From the NCBI GenBank assembly GCA_024875585.1, contig GCA_024875585.1_4107.1: a DNA stretch of 64,000 nt; one strand, written 5' to 3'. Shown here one piece after another: positions 1-10,436 of this stretch (position 1 is the first letter of the stretch; every line of letters starts with the position of its first letter). The notes under the pieces are model-generated. The model was given only the letters and a program-made list of their open reading frames with translations. It was not told the origin of the DNA and searched no databases. The position numbers and the translations under genes are program-made. This DNA comes from a phage.

Positions 1-72
1 AACTTCTATTTCGATTACAGATACGTAAAGAAAGCTATAGATAACGATATTAATAAACCACACGGGGGTTGA
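1..72 (+). CDS. 3' end of an upstream family-A paralog (partial)
   Basis: In-frame translation ...NFYFDYRYVKKAIDNDINKPHGG* resembles the C-termini of downstream paralogs (e.g. SFYFDYEYVEN); stop TGA 70-72. Confidence 0.4.
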   Translation, partial: NFYFDYRYVKKAIDNDINKPHGG

Positions 73-73
73 A

Positions 74-544
74 ATGAGTTTAGAAAGAGCATTAGAGATT
101 GCGAAGTTAATTGATTTATGCAGCAAAGAAATTGTATCAAATTGTCTCAATGGATATCTATTCAAGGAAGGTAAATCATATTGTCGAATGAGATACGATG
201 ACAGTAGTGAGTATATTCACATGTATGAAGAAGACCTTGATGATTCCGAAATAACACTGAATGGGTGTGATGTTAATCTGGAAGATAATTACATTTACTT
301 CAGTCGTGGTGCTGATATTTTAATACAAGAAACATCAATTCAACATGTGAATCCAGATGTATATCTTCCATATTCAGTACTGGATAATGACTGGGGAAGT
401 GAAGAGGTTTACTTTCAGCATAATACTATCTACGATGAAGATGTGCTTGACAAGCTTGTCATTCTGTGGTACTTTAAGAACACTGATACTCCCAACTTCT
501 ATATGGATTTGGATCTACTACGAGTTATAAAAGAGGATATATGA
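74..544 (+). CDS. family-A small acidic protein (MSL..AL N-terminus; PYSVLDNDWG..EEVYFQHNTIY..LWYFK)
   Basis: 156-aa ORF, ATG after GGGGG RBS; shares N- and C-terminal motifs with the next three ORFs; ATGA overlap with next gene. Confidence 0.7.
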   Translation: MSLERALEIAKLIDLCSKEIVSNCLNGYLFKEGKSYCRMRYDDSSEYIHMYEEDLDDSEITLNGCDVNLEDNYIYFSRGADILIQETSIQHVNPDVYLPYSVLDNDWGSEEVYFQHNTIYDEDVLDKLVILWYFKNTDTPNFYMDLDLLRVIKEDI

Positions 545-984
545 GTTTAGCAAGTGCACTTAAACTGGCACACAAAATACATCACTTCCACGATAACATA
601 AAAAGTGGGTTCTATGGTGATAAAGTAAGTGCATTGGGTAATGAGTATTATCTATCAGGTATAAAGACATACTCTGATGATATTTTACTTATGGGACATG
701 ATAAAGACAATACTATACAGTACTCTTCATGTAGTCAATATACTAGTTTTATGGTATATATTCCAGGTACTAAGATTACGTTTGACACATCAAATTCACC
801 TGTTGACTTCGGGGTACTTGATGGCCCGTGGGGTACTGAAGAGTATTACTTCCAACAGAGTCTTATTTTCAACCAAGAAATTCTTGATTCCTTGGTTGTT
901 TTGTGGTACTTTAAGGAATTGAATTTTGAACCATTCTTTCTTGACTGGGGAGCATGTGAGTATTTAAGTACAGGGGATTTGTAA
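541..984 (+). CDS. family-A small acidic protein (EEYYFQQSLIF..LWYFK)
   Basis: 147-aa ORF, start/stop coupling both sides, conserved family motif. Confidence 0.7.
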   Translation: MSLASALKLAHKIHHFHDNIKSGFYGDKVSALGNEYYLSGIKTYSDDILLMGHDKDNTIQYSSCSQYTSFMVYIPGTKITFDTSNSPVDFGVLDGPWGTEEYYFQQSLIFNQEILDSLVVLWYFKELNFEPFFLDWGACEYLSTGDL

Positions 985-1472
985 TGTCGTTACAAAGTGC
1001 ATTAAAAGAAGCAAAGAAAATCCATGAGTACATGATTATGGTACAAGAAGGTTCAGTCCCAGGTGTGTATAAAACATCTGATACTGAATTTTTTGTAAAA
1101 GACCGTGACGATTATGATGAGTCAGAGATATGTGCAGAAACGTTAGTACTGCACACTGATACTGGTGATAGTGATAACTGTGAATATCATATGTACAATC
1201 AGTACATTAGTTATTGCCGTAATGAAGATATTACCATCTACAACACAGATATTGATGCTGATGACACTATCATTCCGTATTCAGTACTGGAAGGTCCGTG
1301 GGATAGTGAAGGGTATTACTTTCAGAATAGTACTATCTACAATGAAGAAGAACTGGATGTTATTGTGATTATGTGGTACTTTAAAAGTATTGACTCCAGT
1401 AGTTTCTATTTTGATTATGAATATGTAGAGAATACAGTAGGAGAAGGTAATGTCATTACAAAGTGCTCTTGA
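984..1472 (+). CDS. family-A small acidic protein (EGYYFQNSTIY..MWYFK)
   Basis: 162-aa ORF, TAATG coupling, conserved family motif. Confidence 0.7.
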   Translation: MSLQSALKEAKKIHEYMIMVQEGSVPGVYKTSDTEFFVKDRDDYDESEICAETLVLHTDTGDSDNCEYHMYNQYISYCRNEDITIYNTDIDADDTIIPYSVLEGPWDSEGYYFQNSTIYNEEELDVIVIMWYFKSIDSSSFYFDYEYVENTVGEGNVITKCS

Positions 1473-1896
1473 AAAAGCAAAAGAAATACATGGATACTTT
1501 GAAGATATAAAGGCAGGAAAGTTCAAAGAAGTATACAAAGCCGAGAACGGTAACTACTACAAAGATGAAATATATAATAATTCCGTTGGTGTAAGGGTTA
1601 TTCTTGAGTTGAATTCCAATAGTCCTGTGTCGTTTTCTGAATACAATAGAGATGCAGAATTCATTAGTTATGTTGAAAATGGTAGCATTCGTTTTATTAA
1701 TAGACAAAAACCATTAATTTTGAATTATGAAGTTCTGGATGGTCAGTGGGATAATGAAGAGTATTACTTCCAAAACAGTACTGTATACGACGATGAAGTA
1801 CTTGAAGCATTAGTTATTATGTGGTACTTCAAGAGTATTAACTGTCCTCGATTTTATTTGGATTTCGAAGAACTTGGTAAAGATCCAGAGGTATAG
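1450..1896 (+). CDS. family-A small acidic protein (EEYYFQNSTVY..MWYFK)
   Basis: 148-aa ORF with conserved MSLQSAL N-terminus and family motif. Confidence 0.7.
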   Translation: MSLQSALEKAKEIHGYFEDIKAGKFKEVYKAENGNYYKDEIYNNSVGVRVILELNSNSPVSFSEYNRDAEFISYVENGSIRFINRQKPLILNYEVLDGQWDNEEYYFQNSTVYDDEVLEALVIMWYFKSINCPRFYLDFEELGKDPEV

Positions 1897-1897
1897 A

Positions 1898-2212
1898 ATG
1901 AAAAACTTATTCAGTGTTCAGTACGTTCCAGGTGAAATTAGTTTATTGTATCTCTTTGACCATGATAATTCATTATTACTAGTAGTAAAGAAATGTCAAG
2001 CTAGTTCGTTTGTTGAATACATTCACGATAATGAATATATACCTGATTTTTTAGAGTGCGATTATTACGATGATCATGAATCATTTATTTTTCAGGAATC
2101 GCTAGTATGGGACAAATCGATTAACTTCTTTACGTTAATTGAATTACAAAAGCAAGTGAAGTATCATTGGGATTATTTAATTACACAGGATTACATTGAG
2201 ATAGAAATATAA
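1898..2212 (+). CDS. family-A-like protein (ESFIFQESLVWD)
   Basis: ORF; ATG at 1898 preceded by GAGG; divergent family motif. Confidence 0.55.
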   Translation: MKNLFSVQYVPGEISLLYLFDHDNSLLLVVKKCQASSFVEYIHDNEYIPDFLECDYYDDHESFIFQESLVWDKSINFFTLIELQKQVKYHWDYLITQDYIEIEI

Positions 2213-2454
2213 TGACTAAAAATGAATTTGATTCACTTTGTACTGTTTATAATTCATTAACAGAAATACCTAACTTTATTAGTTATATTTCAGCTTTAAA
2301 TCACATTATGCATAGTTTTGAACAATCGTTTGAAGAGAAATATGCTGGAAGAAAAGTTCTATGTCATATGCCAATGTACTTAGGAGATGGTGAGCCTTAC
2401 ACTACAAGTACTACATGTGAAATAAAAAATATAATATATTATTGGGTACTATAG
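2212..2454 (+). CDS. hypothetical small protein (family-B-like EKYAGRKV motif)
   Basis: 80-aa ORF, start overlaps previous stop. Confidence 0.5.
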   Translation: MTKNEFDSLCTVYNSLTEIPNFISYISALNHIMHSFEQSFEEKYAGRKVLCHMPMYLGDGEPYTTSTTCEIKNIIYYWVL

Positions 2455-2515
2455 AATTCACAGTATCCAATGGCGGTAGTTATATGTACTTTAGAGATGG
2501 AGTGGTTGAATTATT

Positions 2516-2965
2516 ATGAGTTACGAAAGTGCAATCAAGAAAGCAAATGATATTCTACGCGTCGTTCAATTCTTCAAAGAAAATCCTGAATACGTAGATG
2601 ATAAAAACCAAGAGCACGATGAGAGATTGAGACGAAAAATTATCTCTTTATTTGACACTAATAAAGATAATTGGAGTCTAATTGAGTTAGCATACGATTA
2701 TATTTCATTGAACCGAAATGATGATGTAGTTAAGATAGAAAGGCATGAGTCAGAAGAATCTTTTAGAATTTCAGATATTTTATCCCTGAGTACTGAAGAA
2801 GGGTACTTCCAGGGTAGCACTCTTTATAATGAAGAAACACTTGACAATCTATGCACATTCAGTGTAATATATCAGAAATCTGTACTAGATATATTTTATC
2901 TTGACACTGCTGAACTGCATACCCTAACCAATTTTGTTACTACCGAAGAGGCTACATTCGAGTGA
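2516..2965 (+). CDS. family-A small acidic protein (EEGYFQGSTLY)
   Basis: 149-aa ORF, family motif. Confidence 0.65.
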   Translation: MSYESAIKKANDILRVVQFFKENPEYVDDKNQEHDERLRRKIISLFDTNKDNWSLIELAYDYISLNRNDDVVKIERHESEESFRISDILSLSTEEGYFQGSTLYNEETLDNLCTFSVIYQKSVLDIFYLDTAELHTLTNFVTTEEATFE

Positions 2966-3498
2966 TGAAAGTTAACATTAATGACTTTGATGCATTACAA
3001 GATTTATCAAAAAAGATTCGCACCATCGTACCAGTACTTAAAAAATGCAGTACTGGTTTAATCGATCCTAGTTCTGTTGTCAATGAGAAGTACAATTTTC
3101 ATCGTGTATTACAGGGGACAGGTGCATTTCAGAAGTGTGAGGTACGTGAGAAACATGTAATTGATACATCGTTGTTTTCTATTGGTGCACCTGTGTCAAA
3201 CAATACTATTTTCCTGGATGCCGCTGGAAATATTCAACAATTAACATTTAAGAAAAGGAAAAAGAATAATAACATTGGTGTGTACGAGATGAAGTGGGGA
3301 CAGCCAGAGTTGATGCGTGACATTCACATTCCTAAGTACAATTTCAATGCATTTGAAGAACAGTGTTTTCAACTTTCTTGTACTGACCCTGACTATGCTA
3401 TCATTCAATTCTATATGGAATTGCAGATTGCATTTAATAGTAATTTGTATATTAACTTATTGGCAATGAACATAGATGAAGTATTCAAAAACATTTAA
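2962..3498 (+). CDS. family-A-like protein (EEQCFQLSCTDPDY)
   Basis: 178-aa ORF, ATGA overlap, divergent motif. Confidence 0.55.
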   Translation: MMKVNINDFDALQDLSKKIRTIVPVLKKCSTGLIDPSSVVNEKYNFHRVLQGTGAFQKCEVREKHVIDTSLFSIGAPVSNNTIFLDAAGNIQQLTFKKRKKNNNIGVYEMKWGQPELMRDIHIPKYNFNAFEEQCFQLSCTDPDYAIIQFYMELQIAFNSNLYINLLAMNIDEVFKNI

Positions 3499-3694
3499 TC
3501 GAATTGAATACATGAGAACTGTGAGAGCGGTGTGGAATATATGGTACACTACTAAACCAAAAATGGATTACCATGATTTTAAGCTCTTGTTCTTTGTTGG
3601 CTCTAACAAACAGGATGTTGCAATGAAGGGTTATATTCAGCACTTACAGGAACTAATCCAGAAGAGAATATATGAAAATAATAGACCAAAATGA
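3476..3694 (+). CDS. hypothetical protein
   Basis: 72-aa ORF in operon-like context; no recognisable motif. Confidence 0.4.
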   Translation: MKYSKTFNRIEYMRTVRAVWNIWYTTKPKMDYHDFKLLFFVGSNKQDVAMKGYIQHLQELIQKRIYENNRPK

Positions 3695-3863
3695 CATTGC
3701 TAAACTATTCAATATATATTCTACTAGAATGATGCAAACAGATTCATATAGTACTAAATTCAAAGAGTTGAAAGTACTGATGTACTTGGGAACACAATAT
3801 CAGGAACAAGTTATTTTAGAATATATTAATTCATTAAAGAAGGATATCCGTGATGTACGATGA
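3672..3863 (+). CDS. hypothetical protein
   Basis: 63-aa ORF; overlaps neighbours. Confidence 0.4.
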   Translation: MKIIDQNDIAKLFNIYSTRMMQTDSYSTKFKELKVLMYLGTQYQEQVILEYINSLKKDIRDVR

Positions 3864-4413
3864 TTTAGATCTTGCGTTTGAACGCATGAAAATTTTAATG
3901 CAATGCAATGAAATGCATGAGACAATCCGTCGCACCAAAGGGATTGAATATACAAGTAAACTATTCTCATACGAAAGTCGTCGAGGGATGGATCATTTTT
4001 ACTGCACTGATTGTTCAAAGTTTTCAGTACTGAAATATTATCATCCTACTGTTTCCAATAATAGTTTAATATCCACATATGACGGTGATCTGTTTAGTGT
4101 AATGTATGACACATTACATCCATCAATTTCAATATATAAAGATTGCGATAGTAGTCTATCGTATATAATTGAAGATTACTTATCTCCTAATACTGAAGAG
4201 AATATATTTCAAAACAGTGTATTGCATGATGAATTAAGTATAAAATGCATCTATATGTTCAATAAGTTAAAAGAATACGTTGATAATAATTACTTAATTG
4301 ATGAGTTAGCTGTGTTTTCGGTTTCAGTTTTCAATACAAATGATGTTGATATGAAATACTATAACGAAATTTGTAAAGTACATAACATGTATAAGGAACT
4401 CTTATGCTACTAA
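3850..4413 (+). CDS. family-A-like protein (ENIFQNSVLHDE)
   Basis: 187-aa ORF, motif. Confidence 0.6.
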   Translation: MMYDDLDLAFERMKILMQCNEMHETIRRTKGIEYTSKLFSYESRRGMDHFYCTDCSKFSVLKYYHPTVSNNSLISTYDGDLFSVMYDTLHPSISIYKDCDSSLSYIIEDYLSPNTEENIFQNSVLHDELSIKCIYMFNKLKEYVDNNYLIDELAVFSVSVFNTNDVDMKYYNEICKVHNMYKELLCY

Positions 4414-5006
4414 ATGCCAATAAATGTTGTAGTGCAAATGTGCATTTGTTTTTTAAGAAATTGGCAAATGATATTATATATATGCAGGAAATGATTTACC
4501 ACAAACGAACAGATTTAGAAAAAGCATTAGGACAGTTCTCATTTATGCTTGATGGTGATATATTTCTACATGGTGATACATTGCGAACAGTACTGGACGG
4601 AAATTCAAATAGAAGTTTCATTTGTACAAATAATAAATTTTCTTCCCCGATGTGCCGTACTTTTTATAATCCTGATTCGGACTTATATCAAGTGTCGTAT
4701 TCTAAAGGTGCAATTGAATCATCATATTGTGATAGTTCAGCTTTAGGTAAAAGTCGTCCATATATGCAATCATTTGAAATTGAACTCATCAGTACTGATG
4801 AAGATGCAATGTTCACAAATGATATAACGATGGATCGTGAATCGGCAATGATATATATTACAAATTCTATGCATACATTCTTTCAACGATTAGAATTTGA
4901 TAATGTATATATATCAAATGTAAATATTTTCAATGATCTGTGTCAGTACTTGAAAAGTGTTTGTGATTTTGATGAAAGCTATTGTAAGCTTTATACTGAG
5001 GTATAA
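4404..5006 (+). CDS. hypothetical protein (divergent family-A-like, EDAMFTNDI)
   Basis: 200-aa ORF. Confidence 0.5.
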   Translation: MLLNANKCCSANVHLFFKKLANDIIYMQEMIYHKRTDLEKALGQFSFMLDGDIFLHGDTLRTVLDGNSNRSFICTNNKFSSPMCRTFYNPDSDLYQVSYSKGAIESSYCDSSALGKSRPYMQSFEIELISTDEDAMFTNDITMDRESAMIYITNSMHTFFQRLEFDNVYISNVNIFNDLCQYLKSVCDFDESYCKLYTEV

Positions 5007-5011
5007 AACAA

Positions 5012-5374
5012 ATGAACACATTAAGTATTACATACTATACAACTAAAAAATTAGTTACTTGTTTAATATCATTGAAGTCAAAAAATGATGATATGTTTGA
5101 TATGGCTGCATATGAATTAGAATTATCAGAAGATGGTTTCAAGATCTATGAAGTATATAGCTATGTTCGTGAAGATGTAATTGACACTACACTAATGCAA
5201 GAGGATGAGTTATTCCAAGAAAGTTTAGTATGGGATAATAAGTACGATTGTAACTTTGATTTCTTATGTTTAATCCAAAAAGAAATGAAAAGAATCTTTG
5301 ATAATTATCCAATCAAACGTTTCAGTACTGCACCTGAGCAATATAAAAGGATTATATTCACCTATGAAGATTGA
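5012..5374 (+). CDS. family-A-like protein (DELFQESLVWDN)
   Basis: 120-aa ORF, motif. Confidence 0.6.
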   Translation: MNTLSITYYTTKKLVTCLISLKSKNDDMFDMAAYELELSEDGFKIYEVYSYVREDVIDTTLMQEDELFQESLVWDNKYDCNFDFLCLIQKEMKRIFDNYPIKRFSTAPEQYKRIIFTYED

Positions 5375-5741
5375 ATTTGAAGTTATTACATATAGTATAG
5401 GTGATGGTATCCGTTGCTACGTACAAGCAAGGCATATTGTTCCTGATGATAAACTGTCACCCAAAAGTTTCCTTATTACACAAGAACTCTTAGATATTAA
5501 CAGAGAGAACAAGTATACATATTATCTCACTAAGGGTTATTGTGGTTCGCGTGGATTTAATATTGTAGCTGTTTCTAGAGATGAAATTGATGATTTAACT
5601 GAGTACGGTGAAGAAGAGATGTTCCAGTACAGTACTGTTTTTAATGAACTGGATGTGTTTCTGTTACGAAAAATACAACACATTATGCAAGAATGTTTGC
5701 ATCATAAGAGAGGTATTGTATGCGACGTGAATCTGAATTAG
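5364..5741 (+). CDS. family-A protein (EEMFQYSTVF)
   Basis: ORF; start moved to ATG 5364 (track start 5298 would overlap the previous gene extensively). Confidence 0.55.
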   Translation: MKIEFEVITYSIGDGIRCYVQARHIVPDDKLSPKSFLITQELLDINRENKYTYYLTKGYCGSRGFNIVAVSRDEIDDLTEYGEEEMFQYSTVFNELDVFLLRKIQHIMQECLHHKRGIVCDVNLN

Positions 5742-6061
5742 TTAAAGTAATGTACGCTACTCATATTAAACTACTACTTGTGAAATTTGATTATAATATA
5801 AAACATAATGATTTCTATACGTTGATTCGTGATGAAAATTCATTCTCATTGCGATGCAACAATATACAGTGGACGATAAGTGATTTTACTTCACTTGACG
5901 AGGGTGAATTATTTCAAGAATCATTAGTTTTTAATAGTAATATAAAAGTTGATATAGAAGCAATTAAACAGTATCAAATATTATTAAACAAAATTATTGA
6001 TTGTTATCCATGTGAAATAGGTGGTCATATGCAGTTCAAATCAAAAATGTACGAGTTATGA
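5720..6061 (+). CDS. family-A-like protein (GELFQESLVF)
   Basis: 113-aa ORF, motif. Confidence 0.55.
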   Translation: MRRESELVKVMYATHIKLLLVKFDYNIKHNDFYTLIRDENSFSLRCNNIQWTISDFTSLDEGELFQESLVFNSNIKVDIEAIKQYQILLNKIIDCYPCEIGGHMQFKSKMYEL

Positions 6062-6068
6062 GGTCTTT

Positions 6069-6605
6069 ATGTTAGATAAAAAAATGAACACTGGAACTCT
6101 ATACAATCATCTTAAGTTGGATACTTTCGAATCAGCTATCAGTACTGCACAAGATATTATCGATATTATTAAGTACATTAAAGAAAATAAGTTAAAATGT
6201 GTGAAAACACCCGAACGTACAATGTATAAAGATGACTGTATTCACGTATCTGTTGTTAATCCAAAAGATAAGGATGGTAATAGAGATTTCTATAATAACA
6301 GTGAGCAGTTCGAATGTGAATATGATCCAGAATTCAGAGGTGGTTTCATGTGTTACAGTATGAAGGATACCTCACACATTGAGATACGTTCATCTAAAGG
6401 TGGCATACGTACATTAGAGTTCATTGATATAGTTTTAAATCAGGAATACTACTTTCAACTATCATTATTGTTTCCTGCATACGATTTAGGAGTTCTATTC
6501 ATGTATAAGTACTTTCATGAGCACTGGAATGAAGACTTCTATCTGGACTTAGAAGATTACCAATTAGTTTGGGAAGAAATGGTAGAACTTCGCAACCACT
6601 CTTGA
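6069..6605 (+). CDS. family-A protein (QEYYFQLSLLF)
   Basis: ORF; ATG 6069 after GAGG; motif. Confidence 0.6.
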   Translation: MLDKKMNTGTLYNHLKLDTFESAISTAQDIIDIIKYIKENKLKCVKTPERTMYKDDCIHVSVVNPKDKDGNRDFYNNSEQFECEYDPEFRGGFMCYSMKDTSHIEIRSSKGGIRTLEFIDIVLNQEYYFQLSLLFPAYDLGVLFMYKYFHEHWNEDFYLDLEDYQLVWEEMVELRNHS

Positions 6606-6631
6606 CACCCACCGATTTTTTGTGATATAAT
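6602..6631 (+). promoter_or_regulatory. sigma70-type promoter TTGACA-N18-TGaTATAAT (extended -10)
   Basis: TTGACA 6602-6607, TG 6623-6624, TATAAT 6626-6631, in the intergenic gap before ORF 6665; followed by a 5'UTR hairpin ccctttata...taaaggg. Confidence 0.6.
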
Positions 6632-6664
6632 CCCTTTATATTAATTTTAAAGGGTTATAACACA

Positions 6665-7141
6665 ATGTCCAACGAACTCACATTCACCAATGCACAAAAA
6701 ATAGCAAAAGACATTATCAGGGTTTATAAATTCCTTGCGAATGTTACTGAAGATTTTTTAATTGATAAAAATAAAGTTATTAAGCGAAATGGATACCTTT
6801 CCTTTATGGATGGGTTGCTCTATAGTTCAGATGAGTCAGCTTGTAGTATTAGAGTACTTGATACTGTACCAAGTGGTGATTTTATTTCATACCATTTTCC
6901 AAGTTCAGATAAGTTCAAATACTACAATAGTATTCTCATAGCAGAAGACTTTGATACGATTGTAATTAACACTGAAGAAGAGTTCTTCCAGTACAGTACT
7001 GTGTACCCAGAGAGGATTGTTTTCAGTTCAGTGATTTACACTACCCTTAAAAATGAACTAAATTCCGATAGTGATCATTTCTACTTGGACCTGAATAATA
7101 TCGATTGTATTATTGAGTACATGGAGAAAAATGGTTTATGA
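6665..7141 (+). CDS. family-A protein (EEEFFQYSTVY)
   Basis: 158-aa ORF, motif. Confidence 0.65.
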   Translation: MSNELTFTNAQKIAKDIIRVYKFLANVTEDFLIDKNKVIKRNGYLSFMDGLLYSSDESACSIRVLDTVPSGDFISYHFPSSDKFKYYNSILIAEDFDTIVINTEEEFFQYSTVYPERIVFSSVIYTTLKNELNSDSDHFYLDLNNIDCIIEYMEKNGL

Positions 7142-7641
7142 TTACTACAGAATATGATTACAATAGTGTCCTTGAATTTGCAGAAAATATATATCGTATT
7201 GCAAAGGAGTTCAGAAGTCCTGAGCCGTTTGGTGGTATGTTCGAATACGATGAGTTTAGTTCATCAAAAGGAAGACTTGCATTTACTAATGGTAGAGGTA
7301 ATCAAATCTACACAGAGTACTTTGATGACAATGACTTTCATCACAAAGCCGAATACATTTCATATTGCCCTGGGTCTGATTTGAAGATTCATATTGAAAG
7401 AGATATAGAAAATGTATTTGTTCCATATACTGATTTAGTCTTCATGTCAGAGGAAATGTACTTTCAGGAATCATTGATTCATGATACAAAAGTACTTAAT
7501 ACTATATTATTATATGGTACACTACTTAATCATTACAAATACAATCAAAGATTCTTTTTAGATTTAGTAGTATACCATCAATGTGTGGATTATTTGAATG
7601 CAAAATCAGACAACAATTCAGTACATGACCGATGGTTCTGA
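7138..7641 (+). CDS. family-A protein (EEMYFQESLIHD)
   Basis: 167-aa ORF, ATGA overlap, motif. Confidence 0.65.
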   Translation: MITTEYDYNSVLEFAENIYRIAKEFRSPEPFGGMFEYDEFSSSKGRLAFTNGRGNQIYTEYFDDNDFHHKAEYISYCPGSDLKIHIERDIENVFVPYTDLVFMSEEMYFQESLIHDTKVLNTILLYGTLLNHYKYNQRFFLDLVVYHQCVDYLNAKSDNNSVHDRWF

Positions 7642-7960
7642 ATACTTTGTTTCAAGATATGTAATAAATCACAACCATTATGTAACCTATATTCCAGAGT
7701 ACAATCAATTTTATATCCAGATTTATCAACATAATGGAAAGAGAAATGATATATATTCAGAAATAAAAATCCCTGATTATAGTTCTTTATCAGAAGAGGA
7801 ATTGTTTCAGGAGAGCACTATCAGTACTGAAGATGTGTACGAAATAATGGAGTACCAGAAGGTACTTAAACATTTTCATGAAACAAATGATATACAAATA
7901 GATATTGTTAAACCGTGGTGTTACAATACATATGAGGTAAATTATGTTAGAAATGATTAA
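7625..7960 (+). CDS. family-A-like protein (EEELFQESTIS)
   Basis: ORF; start at ATG 7625 overlapping the previous stop. Confidence 0.55.
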   Translation: MTDGSEYFVSRYVINHNHYVTYIPEYNQFYIQIYQHNGKRNDIYSEIKIPDYSSLSEEELFQESTISTEDVYEIMEYQKVLKHFHETNDIQIDIVKPWCYNTYEVNYVRND

Positions 7961-8357
7961 AATTATGCAACGCTGTCTTATTGACAAATACGGGATATAT
8001 GGATATCGTTTAAGTGCTCCTATTGACAAAAATAAAACAACCTATGTAAGCTATAATGCTGTACAAGGGTTTGATATATTCATTAGTACTAATTATCAAA
8101 TCAAACAAGCTAAAGATGTGTCTATAATGACCCCTGATGAGTTATTTCAGTACAGCTTAGTTCTTCCTACATGTATCGATTTACAACGTCTAGGAGCGAT
8201 ACAGAAGGTTTTACGCGAACATAAAGTACAACCCAATAAAGTCACGCACATTCCAGAAACAATCTTCAAAACTATAGAAGTAGAAACCCCTGATTATATG
8301 TTAAGTGATGATGAATTCTACGAGAAGCACTTCCCTGGTAAAGTTTGGAGAGACTAA
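7944..8357 (+). CDS. family-A-like protein (DELFQYSLVL)
   Basis: 137-aa ORF. Confidence 0.55.
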   Translation: MLEMIKIMQRCLIDKYGIYGYRLSAPIDKNKTTYVSYNAVQGFDIFISTNYQIKQAKDVSIMTPDELFQYSLVLPTCIDLQRLGAIQKVLREHKVQPNKVTHIPETIFKTIEVETPDYMLSDDEFYEKHFPGKVWRD

Positions 8358-8839
8358 TGAACCGAAAGTACAGAGAAACTATGAAGTTCGCTAAGGAGTG
8401 TTTAGAGACATTTGATTTCATTTTCGATAACAAAGACTCACTTGGTCATTACTTCGTAATTACAAAAAAAGAAGATGAGAGATACAAGTGTCAAAGATTA
8501 GGATACAGTATTGAGTTATCCTTAATGAGTGATGGTATGATAAACTCCATATATGAATCTGGTAAGACAGATTACATTTCATTTAGATCATGGAGTGATA
8601 ATATAATGTTCTTGAGTCCTAATGGAAGTAAATATCCATTCATTAATGATTTATCAGAAGAAAGTTACTTTCAAAACAGTTTAATTTATACAGAAAAAGA
8701 ACTCAAAATGTTATTCATAATGTCGTACTTTAAAAAGTACTGTAAATTTAAATCATTATCTTTTGAGATTTCTGCGATGAAAGTATTCATTAAAAATGTA
8801 AAAGAATTAAAGAGGGCTTTTAATGTACATAGAAAATGA
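8357..8839 (+). CDS. family-A protein (EESYFQNSLIY..MSYFKK)
   Basis: ORF; ATG 8357; motif. Confidence 0.6.
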   Translation: MNRKYRETMKFAKECLETFDFIFDNKDSLGHYFVITKKEDERYKCQRLGYSIELSLMSDGMINSIYESGKTDYISFRSWSDNIMFLSPNGSKYPFINDLSEESYFQNSLIYTEKELKMLFIMSYFKKYCKFKSLSFEISAMKVFIKNVKELKRAFNVHRK

Positions 8840-9365
8840 GAATGTAAAATGCATCACTGACATTTGTATAAAATTAATGAAAATTTTCATTAACCCAAAA
8901 TACAAGACTCGTTCTTTACGTCATAATATTGATGAGCATTGTACCATTAATATCCTAGGTAGTATTCTTGATGTAAAATATGATGGTAAACTGTTATTCG
9001 GTATAAGAGAAGAGAAAATGGATGATGCATTCTTTTCTTGTAAAGATAAATTTGAACCTTCTGATTATAAAGTAATTATTCGTGATGATAGCATCTATAT
9101 TAGTAGTGATTATTCAAATTACTTCGATAAAATATACACTGAAAACGTTGATTACCATTATGAAATGCTAGATTTACCAGTAACAGACATTGATATGGAG
9201 AGAATCAAATTTTCATTATCAGATAATGAGTACTTAGGTATACAAACATATTATTCACTACAAGGAAAGATTCCACCTGCTATGTATATAAGGATTGAGA
9301 TTGGTAATGTATTCAATGATAAGGTTATATCAATTGCTGATAAAATATTGAGGGTTGAATTATGA
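8823..9365 (+). CDS. hypothetical protein
   Basis: 180-aa ORF; no family motif recognised. Confidence 0.5.
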   Translation: MYIENENVKCITDICIKLMKIFINPKYKTRSLRHNIDEHCTINILGSILDVKYDGKLLFGIREEKMDDAFFSCKDKFEPSDYKVIIRDDSIYISSDYSNYFDKIYTENVDYHYEMLDLPVTDIDMERIKFSLSDNEYLGIQTYYSLQGKIPPAMYIRIEIGNVFNDKVISIADKILRVEL

Positions 9366-9925
9366 ATGGCCATGATTACCAATTCCATAGACTAGAATTT
9401 AGACACTGTGTTGCATATGCAAAAACATTAATGTGCATCATTGACACTCTTTCATCCGAACAATTTTGTAAGGATAATGATTTATTGCTGAAAAAAGGTC
9501 GTATAACATCATCCGATATCGGTATTGAACTATTTGTTGAAATCAGTGTTGATACCGGAGACAGTACAAGGGCTGGTTGTATAGGTCATATTGGTACACA
9601 TTGTTTCACATGGAATCCAAATACAAGTCAAGTTAGAATTGATTATAGAAATTCACGTTGGGTTGATCTTAGTACTGAATCAGATTTAGAATCAGTTATG
9701 TTCCAGCTAAGTTTAATTCACGATCCTAATGAACTTCTTTATATTATTACTTTCAGTTATCTGTTACAAAACTACGATAGTCCATCAGGGTTTTTCATAG
9801 AATCAGATATAGATGAAATTATGGAAGAGATTCCTAGTTTAAAGAATATTCTGGAAGAAAAAGATTTCTATAAGGACTTCAGAGATTTATACGACATGCA
9901 CTTGGAGTTATTTAAGAATGGATAA
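9362..9925 (+). CDS. family-A-like protein (ESVMFQLSLIHD)
   Basis: 187-aa ORF, ATGA overlap. Confidence 0.6.
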   Translation: MNGHDYQFHRLEFRHCVAYAKTLMCIIDTLSSEQFCKDNDLLLKKGRITSSDIGIELFVEISVDTGDSTRAGCIGHIGTHCFTWNPNTSQVRIDYRNSRWVDLSTESDLESVMFQLSLIHDPNELLYIITFSYLLQNYDSPSGFFIESDIDEIMEEIPSLKNILEEKDFYKDFRDLYDMHLELFKNG

Positions 9926-10436
9926 AGATGATATTCTAATTAGACTAGTTCAGAGTTTGATAAAGTTCGCAAATAATGATATCAATACATACAAAGTAGG
10001 TGATATTGAATTCAAATCATTTGGTATGTACGGTGATGACGAAACATATTATGCTTCAATGAAATTTCAAGAATTTCACGAGATGTTAATATCGTTATCA
10101 TACGAAGATGTTGACCCAAGATGGAGTTCCAGTATTTCACTATCGAGAATGGTAATTCGTAGTAAGCATCGTTACATTTCGTCAAAGAATACTCCTAACT
10201 TGATTAATATTGTGTTGAATGAAAATACAAACCCCCTATCTAAACATGATATCGTACCTTTAACCGATGAAGCAATTTTTCAATTGCGTACTATTTGTGA
10301 TGAAGATGTGATATCATGTATGAAAATTTATGAGAAAGTTGGGGGTGATATTCCCATGAACTATTACCTAACTATAGATGAAACGTATCTCCAAGATGAT
10401 GTTCTGGCGTACATTGACAGTGTTTTACCAAAATAA
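9918..10436 (+). CDS. family-A-like protein (EAIFQLRTICDED)
   Basis: 172-aa ORF followed by a terminator. Confidence 0.6.
   Translation: MDKDDILIRLVQSLIKFANNDINTYKVGDIEFKSFGMYGDDETYYASMKFQEFHEMLISLSYEDVDPRWSSSISLSRMVIRSKHRYISSKNTPNLINIVLNENTNPLSKHDIVPLTDEAIFQLRTICDEDVISCMKIYEKVGGDIPMNYYLTIDETYLQDDVLAYIDSVLPK

Noticed and set aside
677-1707. Short alternative-frame and minus-strand ORFs inside plus-strand genes (e.g. 677-922 +, 1165-1368 +, 1281-1538 -, 1456-1707 -, and similar ones throughout)
   Set aside because: They lie wholly within longer, better-supported ORFs, lack RBS, and have composition typical of AT-rich out-of-frame sequence
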